Assembly: GCF_009834535.1 (NCBI RefSeq)
Contig: NC_045707.1
Span: forward strand, 54,810,001-54,874,000
Length of the DNA: 64,000 nucleotides
Origin: Camelus ferus
Lineage: Eukaryota
Direction: 5' to 3'
The position numbers and the translations under genes were made by a program. Numbering within the stretch: position 1 is the first letter of the stretch; every line of letters starts with the position of its first letter. Below are positions 11,305 to 26,110 of this stretch, piece by piece. The notes beneath the pieces are model-generated. The model saw only the letters and a list, made by a program, of their open reading frames with translations. It was not told the origin of the DNA and did not search any database.

Positions 11305-14300
11305 TTTCTGATTCAATATTGAGAGTGAAGCTAGTGATTACTGAGGGGTACTTTTTAGAAGACTCTCTTATTTTTCTTATTATTATTCTCTCTTGTCTAT
11401 CTACATACATGTGATTAAATCTATGTTTTCTGATAGAACTTAGAGAATACAGCTATTCATAGACATCATAGCTTTAAAACTGATATGATTATTGTTGGAT
11501 ATAATATGAAGGCATCCTAATGTTTCAGTGTTAGACTAGTTAGACTTAGCCTATGGTGTCATATTTGAGTAACAACATCAGTTATTTTGAATTCATTTAT
11601 TATTAATATGTTATAAGGTCATAAGCCACACATTTTGTTGAATCTTTATAAAGGTAATGGTTTCTATAATTAGTTCAGTTTAGTTTTTAAATCTGGCATT
11701 TTGAATTCACTTAAAGGTAAGGAAATATTGTCAGTTAATAGAGCTTGCTATGATTTAAATTTTTCTATATTCTATTTTTTTGTAATCTATTGATTTCAAA
11801 ATTGGTCCTTTTAGACTTGATGATATTTCCTTTCTTACTCCAGGTTTGAACATGTAGATTCTAGAGTCAATCTAGATATCTGTTTGATTACAACCCCCTT
11901 TACTTACCAGCTGGGTGTCTTAGCAAATTTACTTAAGCCTCCACACTCTATTTTCTTATTTACTAAAAGTGAATGATAGAAAATCTAGCCAAAGAGCTGA
12001 GCCTATCCTAAGCACAAAGACTCCTACCCTCATCATCATCAATCTATCACCATTATCATTGCTATTATTAATTGAAAATATCATTAGTGGTTCACCTCAA
12101 TTAGAACTTAGTATGGTTTCCATACATCTGTTCTAATTCAGTAGTTGGTTTATGCCTATGATTGTTTTGATTATGGTCAAATGGTTTGTATCTACCTACT
12201 GAAAGGAGGCTGTAAGGTTTACACATATTTTTTAAGAAGGCCTCTTACTATTTGAGAAATAATCTTTACACTTTTTCTTAAGAACTGTAGAATTACAAGA
12301 TCAATTTAAACTTAAATAGGAATTAATCAAAGGAATACAAGGCCTGGTTCAGGAAAAAAAAATAATCAAAGGCACAAGCAGAGTCTTAGGCCCTGGTCAC
12401 ATGATCAGAAAAGAGTTTCAGATGATACTTAATATAACTCTGTAAGACTAAACTTTTTCTGAATAATTTTTATATAATCTTTCACTTCATGTCAATGATG
12501 CAACAGTCCTGGTTGGCCTATGACTTCTACCTTCTGAGCTCTATGGTCACTGAAGACAGGAATTTTTCTCCAATCATGCCAGAATTTGTTCCATTACAGT
12601 TAAACAATTCAACCTCTTATTCCCGTAAGTGCTTCTCTTCTCTGAATCTTTTGGTGAATTGCCTCTTCTTAAATGACAGTAACCCCAAAAAGATGTTCAT
12701 GGGTTCATGGGGTCTGATGGGCTAATCATTAATGACCATATTTTTATTATAATCATTTATCCCTAGCCATGTATGAGAAACTGTGCAATGTGAGCTTTCC
12801 TTGGTTTTTCCCTCCTTGCTTCTGGAAAGCAACATGTTTAGGAAGCATCTTCCTTATGTAAACACTACCAACCCAGCAACTTTAAAAACTATGGAGTATA
12901 TTCAAGTACACAAGAGCAAATTAAAAAAAAAAATCTGTAAAGCACCAAAAGTTCAGAAAATTATAAAAATTAATGGACAAAATTTTAAAAATCACCTATT
13001 CCCAATAGTCAGTATGTTAGAATCAGAAAATCACAACAAAGACAGGGAGTACTACTATAGGGAGATTTACCAGGGCAACTCAATTTTCAGCTAATAAGAA
13101 CTTAGAAAAAATTGTCACACATTTGCTGAATGTATCACAGTACAATTCTTACTATCCTAACTGTATAACAACCTCAAATTTGTGTGAGACATATGAAGAC
13201 ACCAAAAAATAATTTTAAAAGTCTAGAACAAAGCAACTCCCAAAAGAGAAAATAAGACATTTGGATATTAAAAGAGTTACAGCATCACAATAAAGAGAAT
13301 GAAATTTCCTGTCAACTTAACAATACTTTTCAAACAAAAGTACACAAAGCTGACACTATACCTTCTTATGTATTACTAATGCATATCAATTGTTAACATC
13401 TTTCAGAAAAGGGACATGGTATTCAGAGATTTTCTTAACCTACAGTTATTTGGCCAACCAATATTGGAAGCCCACTCCTGCTTTGCCACGTTAAAACTGA
13501 TTTTCTTTGCACATTGGGGTGCCGAAGGGGATAAAGCACAAGTAATCTAGTCCAATTCTGATCTTTAGTCCTTGTTTTTACTCTCTTCTGCAGTTAAATG
13601 TTCTCATGTGCATTTCTGGCCAAGGAATCACGAGAATGTTGCTAGTGATCTCTTAGAGAGAGATTCTCTTTATGACCAAGGAAGAAAGGTACATTATGAA
13701 GTCTTGTGTCACTTTGATTAGCTCTTATACTTTCTGTGTTCAAATACAGTTGTGTAAGGAAATGAAGCCTAGAGATTTTGCAGCCACTTGGCAACCCACA
13801 GGGAAAGATTAAGAGAATTTCTGAAAAAATGACAAGGAGGCTTGGTGTCACCTAGTCACTCAACTGTCTTCCTCTAGATTACTTTCTACATGAGATACTT
13901 AAATATTTTTACATTTATTGTCTTAGGGATATAGCATACATTATGGTTAGGAGAAAAAAAAACTAGAGAATACCTAATTATCCTATAATAGGTGACTTAC
14001 ACAAGAGAATGTATATTATTTCATTAAAATGGATTTTTAGAATTTTAATGGAGAAGCGCCTATGATATGTGGCAATGAGAAAAATAAAGTATGCATCGTT
14101 TTATAAAAATACTACTCTAACCATGCAAAAACCATTTAGAAACCACCAGAAAGGAAATATCGCTGTAGATAGAATATGAGTGAGTTTCTTTCTTAGCTTC
14201 TTATATTCTCATAATATCCCAATGTCTTATTTATGGATATGTGTTATATTCTCATATATTATAATCATAAAATAAGCTAAAAATCATCACTATCAATGTT

Positions 14301-16236
14301 ATTCAGCACTGGAATATTTAGCTTACCATACATAAGTGAGAATCCCTAAAAATATCTCAATCTATTATAATAACTGATTACTATAGTAGCTTACTGAAAT
14401 TAAGAAAATGTCAGGTTTAGAGGTCTCTTTTTAAGAGAGCTGAAAAAAAATGTGTTTTTTAAATTAAAAATAAGCCAAGTTGCTAATTTAAAAAACATTA
14501 ATATATAAATTTGATTTATAAGCAACAGATGATTTATCGAGGGATGCTAAATAAATGATGTTGCTCTATTAATCATAATAAAGCCTCTTTGAAAAATGGT
14601 CTTAAGAAATAGGTTGAATAGTCACATTATTCATCAGCTCTTTAAAAGACATAATTTTATTTAGAAGGACTGTTTTATTTTAAAATATTATTATCATTGA
14701 GTCTAGTTTTAACTATACCATTTAGCATATCTGTTTCCAGGATTTTTTTTAAGGCATCTGTTCATTTTATAAACGCTTTCTCAGACATTTAATATATATT
14801 TTATGTTTCCTTCACTTTGTTTTTCATATCACAGCATCTTTCATTGTTGAGATGGGAGAATAACTTCTAAAGATTTCAGTCACCGTTTGGGGAAAGACCA
14901 TTAATGCACTTGATATTTGAAAGTGCACCAACTTTAAAAATGAGATGCTCTCAGGGAGTATTAAATGTTCTGTACTGTACAAGAAGTTGACATCATCTTG
15001 GGGATGCTGCCAGCAGATATTCGAAGTGTCAAATGTTAAAGAATTTTAGTGTCTGCTGACAGTCTCTGATTTCTCTTACTCTGGCAAGTGTATGAAAAGA
15101 TGGAGAATAAAGACTAAATATTTTTTATAGTTTTGAAAATGCTTTTCCAATATTATGAATGAATGAAATGACTGATACTCATTTGTATTTACTAAAGATA
15201 TCATTCCAGACCACATAAGAATTACTCTAAAATTTGATGTGTAATAGACTAATTTGAATTGAAAGAAATCTTTGGAGCTCCTCTAACATCAAATCTGATT
15301 TGACAAATGAGGATATTAAAACTGATATTCTTCGTGATTTATCCAAAAATCTTACCTATCTTGTCTAATAATCTGCCTTATACTACAATTATAATATTTG
15401 ACCATATTCTGATCTTTTTAATCAAAGATGATTTTGTTCTCATATCATTAGAAACCAATAAATAAATAACTAACCAAAAACCAATGGCAAAAGCCTAATG
15501 ATATATACTATGCAGTTGCCTTATACTTCTGTGTATATTCCTGTTACATTAAAAAATGAATTTTGACACAAACTGTTATATAAATGTATATTTCCAAGTT
15601 CATTGCATGGTAAGGAATACTTATATGCTCATTTTCATTTCCTTTTGTACATATAATGTATCTCCTTCTTAACTTAAATATTTTCCTTGGTAATATGTTA
15701 CTGATTTTGTATCTTCAATACCTTTGTGAATACAGAACCTTAAAAAAAGGGAAAATATGCCCATTCAAGACAATGACCTTCTCAGATTCTAATTATTAAC
15801 TTATAAACTGAATCATCTTGTTGCAATTTTTACAATTTCCAAATCTATTTCATTTGAACCATTAGGGTATTGGTGAACAAATAATGTTCAAAGTAATATT
15901 TTGTCATATGGAATATGAGTATAATATCAAATGGAGCCCCATATCTCTCACCAACAAACGAATCTGTCTGTACTGCCTCTATTTCATTATACTGTTATAA
16001 CTTCAGAAGATGCTTACAGGACTGGCCCCAAATGCTATAATGTAACTCACATACACTGACATATACGCACACAGAAACACACACACACACACACTTAAGA
16101 ATGAAGGACATTTTTTTTAGATGGGAAAGTAAACAGGGTTTATCTTTCTGTAGAATAATATAAGACTTTTTCCTTTCCATCACATGTTTGAAAATAGTTT
16201 TTTTCCCCAATTGTTTTTGTGAAAGGAATGCTCTCA

Positions 16237-16400
16237 TCTAGTTAATTAGCACATTCATCACCTCACATATTTATCCTTTATCTGAGAACATTTAAGTACT
16301 ACTTTCTCAGAAGATTTCAATTTTACAATATAGTGGTATCAACTACAGTCATCATGTTGTACCTTAAATCCTTAGTCCTTATTCATCTTAGAGCTGAAAA
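16237..16400 (-). mobile_element. L1MA-type 3' end fragment
   Basis: ATCACCTCACATA...GAGAACATTTAAG...TACAGTCATCATGTTGTAC...CTTATTCATCTTAGAGCTGAAA matches the recalled L1MA 3' UTR. Confidence 0.7.
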
Positions 16401-16557
16401 TAGCTATTTTTAATACAGCTTTTACTCATTATATTTTCATATAGTTTTTTAATGTATAATTTTCTGGCCACTTTTTATTTATCTTAACTACCAATGATAA
16501 ACTTTGACCAGAAGATAATTGTTGGCACTTTAACTAATAATGTATTATTTCCTCTGT

Positions 16558-16892
16558 GCTCAATGGGTATAAAATTTCAGTTATTCTAGAATAAGTTCTG
16601 GGGATCTGCTGTATAACACAGTGCCTGGAGTTAACAATATATTTATCATGCACTTCAAAATTTGTTAAAAGGGTATATCTAATGTTAAATGTTCTTACCA
16701 CAAAAAAACAAAAATGAAATGAAATAAAAGAACACAAGGAAACCTTGAGAGGTGTTGGGTAGGTATGTTACCTTGATTGTGGTGATGGTTTCACGGGTGT
16801 TTGTCTATGTCCAAACTATGCAATTTGTATATATTAAACATGTGCTGTTCTTTGCATATTCAGTATACTTCAATAAAGCTGTTGAAAAAAAA
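16558..16892 (+). mobile_element. L1MB/late L1MA-type 3' end with A-tail
   Basis: GGGTATAAAATTTCAGTT...AATAAGTTCTGGGGATCTGCTGTA...CTTGATTGTGGTGATGGTTTCACGGGTG...CAATAAAGCTGTTGAAAAAAA. Confidence 0.85.
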
Positions 16893-17419
16893 GAATTAAA
16901 TAATTAGATACGTATCTCCTGAGTTTTCTTGACTTGTATCTGAATATTCCACTGGGATCTTAATCAACGAAAGTCAAAACACACCTAAAGTTGAGTTTTT
17001 GTTATGCATCAACTCTTTGAACTTGTTCAGTTAGTAGATCTCGTTGTAAGAAAAGAATCCTCAAATTTCAGTAGCTTAGAAAGCAAAGACTCTCACTTGT
17101 TGGTTGTGGAAGTTTGTTTCAAATTGCCACCTCAGGAACCAGGACTCCACTATCTGGACCACTATCAAATGCCATGCTGGATGGACAATTGTGCACACAT
17201 AGAAAACATGCCACATCACTAATACTTGGGCCAAAGAAAGTCCGTTAGCAACACGTAACTTTAAAAACACAGCTATGTGTACTTCTATTGTATTCTTGGA
17301 AGGAATAGTGTCCTCTACTACTTTTAGTCAAAAAAAAAAAAAAGCGATTTCCCTAAAAGAACAACTGAGGAATTCAGAGTTAGCACAGGGTCTTTTTTGT
17401 ATAGCTTAGCAGGATGTTG

Positions 17420-17670
17420 ACAAATCTAGCTCTAAGATCTCAAAAATATTAATTTAAATGTGTATGCCTTTTTTTAAAGCTGTGTGTGTCTTTAAGAAAT
17501 TTATTTAGTATCTCTAAACCTCAGTATCCATCTCTGAAAAATGTGTTAGTACTTTGTTGCCATATAGAATGATCACGAAGATTAAATATGACAACCTATG
17601 AAAAATGCATGGCATTTATTTGTTGCAACATGATGATAACATAGTAGGTACTAACATGACAATTACTATT
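17420..17670 (+). mobile_element. MIR SINE (similar fragments near 1960-2120, 11880-11980, 18970-19100 on +; 23700-23880, 35560-36010, 51850-52010 on -)
   Basis: Degenerate MIR core: TCTCTAAACCTCAGTATCCATCTCTGAAAAATG here, and ACAGATGAGAAAACTGAGGCTCAG..GGTTAAGTAATCTGCCCA at ~51945. Confidence 0.65.
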
Positions 17671-19499
17671 ATTTAACCGAATTATTACAATAACAAATGT
17701 ATTTCATCAGAAATTCACCAAGGAATATATAGTGAACCATGATTCATAATTTCTATTAGTCAGGGCTATACCACAGTAAATTGGGCAGTTTAATTAAAAA
17801 AATATTTCTTTAGTTGTTATTATATGGAGGACATTGTATTAGAGACAGAGAATACAAAGATGAGTAAGATTTGGTTATCCATAATTTCAAGTAAAATTTT
17901 GAGGCAACACAATTAAGTGCTCTGCTAAAGAATTATATAAAAGCTGCAAAAGAGACAAAAGGGAGAGGTATCCAACCCAGCTACCTGTAAAGGGGATTAG
18001 TGAACTGAGAAAAACTTGGAGCAAAATATAAAGCAGAAGTTTATGGACAGATGGATATATCCATAGTCATATTATATATATCTATCACCTATTTCCCTTT
18101 CTTTGGATTTCCAGCTAGTGTGATGAACAAAGAATTGTGATTATCAACTATGATAACAGCATAAGTATCAAATCTTAATTAATATAGGATATAATTGGTA
18201 TCTCATCAAAAGTAAAAAAAAAAAACCATTTGCTAATTTTGTAGAAAATTACTTATTTAATTTGGGGTTGAAAGAATAGATATCTTCTCTTCACTTAAAC
18301 TAATTTCAATGTCATATTCACTCATTAAAATTATATTATTTACACTTAATTTTGTGGAGTTTTATGTTATACAACAGTAATGTGAGTTGCTCAATCTGCT
18401 TAAGAGTTTTATTCTCTTGACAATAGGGTTTGCTTCAATTAGTCATCACTGTGCTGGGAACAGTGTTGGTGTTGGATGTCAGAGATGTCACGTATCCAAT
18501 TCTTATTACTCCTTTTTGCTGAAGAAAAGAAAGTGACAATAATAAATTTGGAAAAAACTATGGATGAATGGACTTGGGGATTTTGATTTGACAAAACATT
18601 CTCCAATTATTTTGAGTGTCTTGGTTCAGGCAAAATACTTTGTCAAGCAACATTTCTCATTGCTTTATCTTATTAAATAAAATTGAAAACATATGGTCAT
18701 AATTACTCACACATAGCAAAACAGTATAAAAAAGTTTATGAATTCTGTGTAGATTTATGAGTTACATCCCTTTACTAAGGTTTTTTTTAATGACATTTTA
18801 ACTGGGAATTGGGATTTAAAGAATGAGAGCATTGAAGCTATTTAGAATCTACTGAAGTCCAATAAGATGGGAAATGATATGCTCATCAAGTAATCCATCG
18901 GTGGATTTTCATATGTACAAATTTTGAAGATGATTCATGAGCCAGTATGGCACATGTGAAGAAAATTGAAACTGGAGTCACAAAACATAGGTTGAAATCT
19001 AGACTCTCTGCTTTTTATTCTCTAAGCTTCAGTTTCTCATCTACATAATAGAGATATTGACTTGTACTCCACAGAATTGTTCTGAACAAACATTAAGTTA
19101 CTAAAATACATTAAAATAATACATGACGCCTTGTACAGGGAAAACATATAAGAAGTTCTCTTTGAATGAAATAGTATACCATGGAGTTCTGTGGGTTAAG
19201 ACTTAATATTACACACTTTAAATCCTCTTTTTATTACTTCTGTGCCCTATCTATCGATTGATCTATCTATCATGTCTCATACTCAGATTTTCAGAGCTGG
19301 TTCCATTTGATAATTCTATATCTTCCTGAGATGGACAGCATCCATAGCCAGCCAAAATCTTGTGTATTAATGGGCTGGCTGGGTGGTTGTTGAGTGTTCA
19401 CGTCCTCCTCCCTTTTTAATACCTCTGCAACAAAGTTTTATATTGAGCAGAACACCAATTCCAGAGTAGGGCTCCAACTACAGGGAGAATAGCAAAGAC

Positions 19500-19997
19500 T
19501 GTCATAACGCTAGCCTCCAGGAATAGAAGTCCCTTGCATCTTGGTATCTGAGTCACCAAGGAAAACACAACACAGCAAGCACTTGGTGGAACAATGCTTT
19601 TACTCACATAGGGAAGATACAGAGCAAGATCAACTCTAATGGTGTGGTAAGTCCCTCAGGACTAGAAAGTGTCCCTGGCAACCGACACAGGACAATTGGC
19701 CTGTGTCCCACTTTCATGCCCCAGCAGAAAGACCCTTACTGGCCCTCTGTGAAGTCTGAAATACTGAAAGCTGGGGCATGCTTGAGGGCCTCTAACGTAT
19801 ATGCTTACATAGAGAAAAGGAGCAGCCATTGAGCAACAAACAGGAAAGCAAACTCCCTCCAAAGTGACCAGCCCCACACAAGCTGTGTGGGCCCTTTATT
19901 ACTTGGTAAAAAAATGTTCCAGGACCAAAGCCCACTGTTACTGAATCGGCTGAATGAAAATCAATAAACTGTGCACAGGAGACTGCCTTTCCCAATA
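19500..19997 (-). mobile_element. ERVL-class solo LTR (MER54/MER73/MER74-like)
   Basis: ~500-bp GC-richer block from TGTCATAACGCTAGCC to GGAGACTGCCTTTCCCAATA; the reverse complement matches the recalled start TGTTGGGAAAGGCAGTCTC. No TSD visible. Confidence 0.7.
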
Positions 19998-22900
19998 TTT
20001 TAAATTAAATTTCAGTCAATAAAACAATGCACTAATACATGAATAGGAAATTAAAAAACACAGGTTTATCACTAAGAGGAGCAAACAAAAAATACATTTT
20101 ACATAACAGATTTGAAGAATTCAGATATCTGTATATGCCTCTTTTAAAATATGTCTTTTCAGACATTTTTAAAAGCTTGACAATTTAGCATACAGAAAAT
20201 TCAAACCCCGATTTAGAAGACAAAGCTTTAATTTTCGGTAACACATTTCCTTGTTAAAGGGTCTAAACTGAGCAGTTTTTAGCATCTACTTTTATACCTT
20301 TTTCATGCACGTAACTCCCCTCAACATCACTAAACTCCCATTTACTTCAACATGGACAATTTAATTGAAACTTCTGCATGCCCAACTCTTACTAACATAA
20401 ATTAAAGGAAAAAAAATAATTAGTTTCAGTGGGAGTTATGTCAATGTGCAGATCGGAGACTGAAGCCAAAGTCGTTACTCATTTTCACAGTTTTGATGGT
20501 CTCCCAAATTAGAACCATGATCTTATTTTTAAAATAAAATAAGAAAAACAGATTCTCATTTCTACTGTGTACAGGTTAGGAGTGAAGTGAAAGGTCTTCC
20601 TGGTTCCCCATACTTTCAAACCGTGTTTGTTTTTCAATACACCATGAGAAACAGTGTATAACATACGAAGATTGATCTTACTCTTCCTAAGAGAATGCCT
20701 ATGTAAGATATATTTCTTGGATCAATTATGTTTCTCATCTTTATTTTCTAAGGATACTGTAAGTGAAATTAGGAACATTACTGAAGCAAATACTTTATTT
20801 AGGATAGATGCTAAACATAAAGCCATGTTTAAACCACGTTTAAACCATGAACCATAACACTAAATTGAATTAACATATTTTATTGATTAAATACCTATTT
20901 ATCTTAAATTTTTCTTAAGATATCAACTATGTTCATTTTAAAACTGTAGAAACTTTCACTAATTCCAAGTATTCTTTCTGAGATTCAACAAAATAGTTTT
21001 TTTGTGTGAAGAGGAATCATTATTTTTGTCACAAATAAGATGGCCAAATACAGACAAAACTAAAAGAAAATTTCAAATATGAAAATCTTATTAATATAAT
21101 TTATAAAGGCAAAGACCCTGAGAAAATTTAAGCTATGATACATGATACATTCATTTTTAAAAAATAATGAATATTATTAATTACCTCTTTGAACTTCGAT
21201 AATTTTTTTTAGATTATTACTTTACACAGTAATCTTACAATAAAATATATGGAGAAAACTATTCGGATAATACAAAATGAAAAATGATATCCTATAACAA
21301 ATCAACATGTAATCTTATTAGTATGCAATTTTAAGTATATTTGCCAAATGAAAAATGCTTTGCTTGGTTTTAGGAACCATGTCATTGATAAAATAAAAAA
21401 GGAATTACATCGTTTCTGAAGGACTAATTTAATCAAAAGGAGTAAAGGTATTATTAAGAAGTGATAGGATCTTAAAGCACTTTAATAAATAATGAAATAG
21501 AAAATGGTAATAAATTGGCAACATAACAGAAAGAATAAGCCTATTTCCTGATTGACAGATCATAATTGGATGTGAATGTTCAAACAAGTAACAATAGGTA
21601 CTGTTTTCCCTTGAATCTTTAATATTATGCTATTAAATTACTTATTTTTCCCAATACTGCATTTTTTTTCTAAAAGTAAATACTATTACTCTGAAAGCTT
21701 TCTCTTAAGAATTGTTTGCTTGTTTTCATGAGATACATATGTCTCTACCGTGAACATTTTCTTTCCTATAAAAACTAACATCTGTAATAGAATTAGCCTA
21801 TAATGTACTCTAAGGAAGGTTTTATAATTATTTTAAAACTTTTTTCCAGCTACCTTTACTCTTTTACTTGGTTATATCAGTTCTAATTGCTGCAAATCCA
21901 TGTACAGATATGGTTTCCAACTATTAAAGCCTGGGAATACATCCTTTCTTAGAAATTAAAGGATCAGGACCAAGTGTGACGCTCTTGTGTGTTAAAAATG
22001 TATGCTACACTGTTAGCTATATTAATTTCAGGCCAGCACACCTGAAACCTAAAACTCACTCCACATCCCAAATAAAACTCTGTTAGCACAAGACAAATAA
22101 TTCCTCTGAGGACACGATTTCTTCAGAAGATACAGTTTGTCTTATACATGTGCTGATAATTCAAAGAAACTGTAACACATCTGCTTAGTTCTTTCCAAAC
22201 TAACTAATTACAAACAGAAGTTACAGCAGAACATTCTGTGAAATGGTGGAAAATAGACCCATAATTCATAATTTCATAGCATACAAGTTGAATTCATGTT
22301 GCCTGCTCACAGTTTTCATGAAGACTCAACAAATAATTGAAATAATTTATGAAACCATGTATTACTTTCTCTGTTTCAATTTTTTAAAACAATTAAAGTA
22401 AAGGGATAGAGTCTCTTATATAGAACTAAATCTTGAACTGCTGTATAAACATAGGATGGAGGTAGATAAAATTCTCATGCAAAAAGCCAAAAGTCGGGCC
22501 AGATGAATAAATAGTAAAAATGAGTCCAAATACAAAGTTTATTGTGGAAGACATTGCAGCAAAGAGAACTCTTCACACATCAGGGTCTGGCTCAGTACAC
22601 GACAATTTCTTGGTAGAAGGAGGTAAGGAAGAAAATTTATTTTCTCAAGTTTTATGAGGTAGTCTATAAAAATATTAAAAGGCTGATGTGTTGTTTCCTT
22701 TAACTCATATTGCTCATAAAACTGATTGTTGCCAAAGATCTACCATTGACTCTCAAGAAACAGTAAAATCAAGCTCTTATCTCCTTGGGACCAGAAGTCG
22801 TCTTCTCAGTGTTTTAACTTGGAGATCATGGCTTATGTGCTTTGGCCTGGTCCTTTAACTATGAACTAGCTCCTGCAACCTGTAACCATTGGCCTTGATG

Positions 22901-25900
22901 CGTTTTCACACACAAGCCACATTGGCTTAGATTCACCACAGAGTCTGGTAAAATACTTTTGCACTGATGCTCTGTTTTGTTTAGTTTTGAGCGATGAAGT
23001 CAATATTCAAACACAGATTAGTGTTAAAACCGGAATTCTATAATGGTTGTTTAAATTTTCCTGAGTTGCAGTCTGATATGCAATATTTCCCAGGATACCT
23101 AAGAGTCAACTACTAGGCTGCCAGTTGGAACATACAATGAGGATTGCAAAAGCCTCAGTATTTGTGGTATTTCTGTCATTTAGCATTGTCATATCAGGCA
23201 GTCAGACTGAATATGTGCCAGTGCCTGTTGAGACTACCTAAATGCTAGACTGTTGGAAGGAGGTGATGTGGAGAATTTTATTCTGTTTGAATCACATTAA
23301 GACTCTGATTCATTTCTGGACCAGACTATGAACCTAGGCTCCTGAGTTGCTGAAACTGGAAAAATCCATCCACTATCATTTAATTTGGTCATTTCCAAGT
23401 TTGGCTGAGTATTAGATTCACTTGGGGAGTTTTTTGTTGTTGTTCGTTAGGTTTGTTTGTTTTTTGTTTTTTGTTTTTAGGAGATCCTGGGGACATGATA
23501 CAGATCCACATTTTCTAATTTTTTGTTTGTTTGTTTTTTCCCCATGCTAGTCTCATTTATAGTTTATCCTTGGCAGCATTTAACTGGGAGTCTGGCTGGA
23601 GCTAGCCTGTTCAAATGGTCTTTATCCACTTGGCCTTTAAAACACAGAGTCACCAAGAGCAGGACCCAGGGATCTTTATGTTATTTTTAAAGACATTTTC
23701 ATAAGTGATCTTGATTTATTAGAATCGGTGAAGAAATATATGAGGAAATGAGAGCATGTATCCAGACAGGTTCAACACCGTGCATGAGTCATCACAACTG
23801 GTTAATGGTGAGGCCCAGTCTAGAACTCAGATCTTTGGAAATTTGGGCCTAGACTTATTTGTCCACATCATTCCATATTTTGATGCTGCATATAGAATAA
23901 TGAAGGCTTAACATACCGAGTAATGCCATAGGACCATGCACTGATGTGTGATATTTTAAAATCTATTATAAAGTTACAGATTTTTTAGATGGATAATACA
24001 TGTATAAGTTTGTAATTGTGTGTATGTTGTGTGTTTATGTGTGTGTGTGAGGGTGTTTGTTTAAACCTAGCTGAAGAGCCAGAAAATTCTTTTACTCTTT
24101 GGATATAAATCAATGTTGAATTCCCATCTGCTAGCCTTAGTTGGGCTTCTGGTTTTTCCATGCCTCCTGCTTCAGCAATCATTTTAAGCCATTGGCTTAT
24201 ATTTTCAGTTGCACCTTTTTCAAGGTTAAGGAAGAAAAGTCTTAAGACCTATACCATTAGGAATACTTCCAAAATCTCAATGTCCTCAAACATAGGCTTA
24301 GCTTAGCAAGAAGCTATTTTCCACAACCTATGATGAAGGCCTACCTATAAAGGCCCATCCCATGTGTAAGGAATGCCATTTTCACAGGAAGATTTACAGT
24401 GAGATTATACTTTGTCTTTATGGGAAGTCACATCAACATCAAATGTGTTGGCACCTTTGATCTCTTCTGAAAACCAGAATACAATCACCCAGCATCTAAG
24501 CTACTAAAAGTAAATTAAACAAAGCAGCTTAGTTACTTCTCATAAATTTTCCTTACGGACAAGATAAAGACCAGATCTACATCTCCAGTTTATCTTTCAG
24601 TCATGTCTTAAAAGATAACAGGAAAGTAAACACACAATAAGAATAAATAATATGTTGATATAAAACAGACTAAATCAAGATTGAGAAAAATGAACAATTT
24701 TCAACAGGAAACATTTTCTTTAGGACAACTACTCTGCCTATTGTAAACAAATATTTTCTGTTTTTAAGCAGAATAATGTAGCATGTTGGAGATAAAACCC
24801 CGAATATCTGTTACAGGAAAGGCTTCTACTCCTCATCACCAGCCAGCTTCCCTTTCCTTTTGAACACATTACACTTCACAGTTCCTTTTCTCCTAACAGA
24901 GACAGAGTCATGTGACTTATTCTAACCAGTGTGTTGTGGGAAGAAGAGGAGCCAGGGTGAGATTCTGCTGATCACTTGTCAGAACAACTACATCGACCTT
25001 TACTGAGACAGAGGAACAAATTGGCATAGTCTGGATCACTGAGTAGTAACATAGGAAATATGGAGAGTCACCCAGACTTCAGTTCCATTTTGTATGAGAA
25101 ATAAAATTTCCTTTTTTGTGCAACTGAGATTTTGATGAATATTCTTTGTTTTGACTGCAACATATTCTTATCCTACTCCAACTAAGGAAAGTTCATTTCA
25201 GAAGAGTTTTGTTCCTCCTCTTAAATAGCAACTATAATGGTTTGCCTAGTGGTTGTTCCTAAAGGTAAATTAAGCTCTCCTTTGGTATCCTATAATATGT
25301 ACAGTGGCTGCTGTCCTAAAAACCTACATTGCTCTGGGGTAGGGAAGGACATGAGGAAGTTGTCTGAGGTGCTGGTAGTGGTTTGTTTCATGATCTGGGG
25401 CTTCTTTACACATAAGAGTGTAATTTGTGAAAATTCATCAATGCTGGATACAAAGGTGTATTTGTATTTGTCCATCTGTACACTCAAAATTTGTATAATT
25501 TTATAAATAAATGTGTTATTTTACTTAAAAGTTTACTAAAATAACTTTAAAAGACATAAACTGTCTTGTTTTCTATTTGCTTTAAAGTTTCTCCTTGAAA
25601 AAAACTATAAGATCTTTGAGGTCTGGAATATAAAATTATTTTCTTTAAAACCCCAGAGCCTGAGTATCAATTTATCCTTGGAAAGATTAATAAATTTTTG
25701 TAGGAATATCAGGAACAGAAAAAGGGAGATTACCCTTGTGTCTGTGTCCACTGAATTAAAATCAGCTCAAACTTCCACTGTACTCCTTAAGGGAATCTTG
25801 CAAATGGGAGTAGACGTGTGCCATCTTTAGTTCTGGGCTTCTGATTCCATATAATTTGTTTAAATTATAGTTCCTGTAATATGCTTCATATGTCATCTCT

Positions 25901-26110
25901 CTTCAGAGATGAATCAACCTAGATATAAAACTCAGCCACTTGCTTAATCAAAAATAAAAGAACAAAAAAATACTTCAAATTCTCAGAAGACACTTGAATA
26001 TGTGATAAACTTGACTGAAGATTGTAGCTAAATAAAGAAGTGCATGTTAGATCTGAATACACTATTTAAAATTGGATGAATTTATTATTTATCTTAAAAG
26101 AACTTCAGTG

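Noticed and set aside
22480..25170. Possible further ancient LTR fragments (also ~13430-13900 and ~46300-46900)
   Set aside because: LTR-like in texture but too degraded to assign a family or boundaries without a database search.
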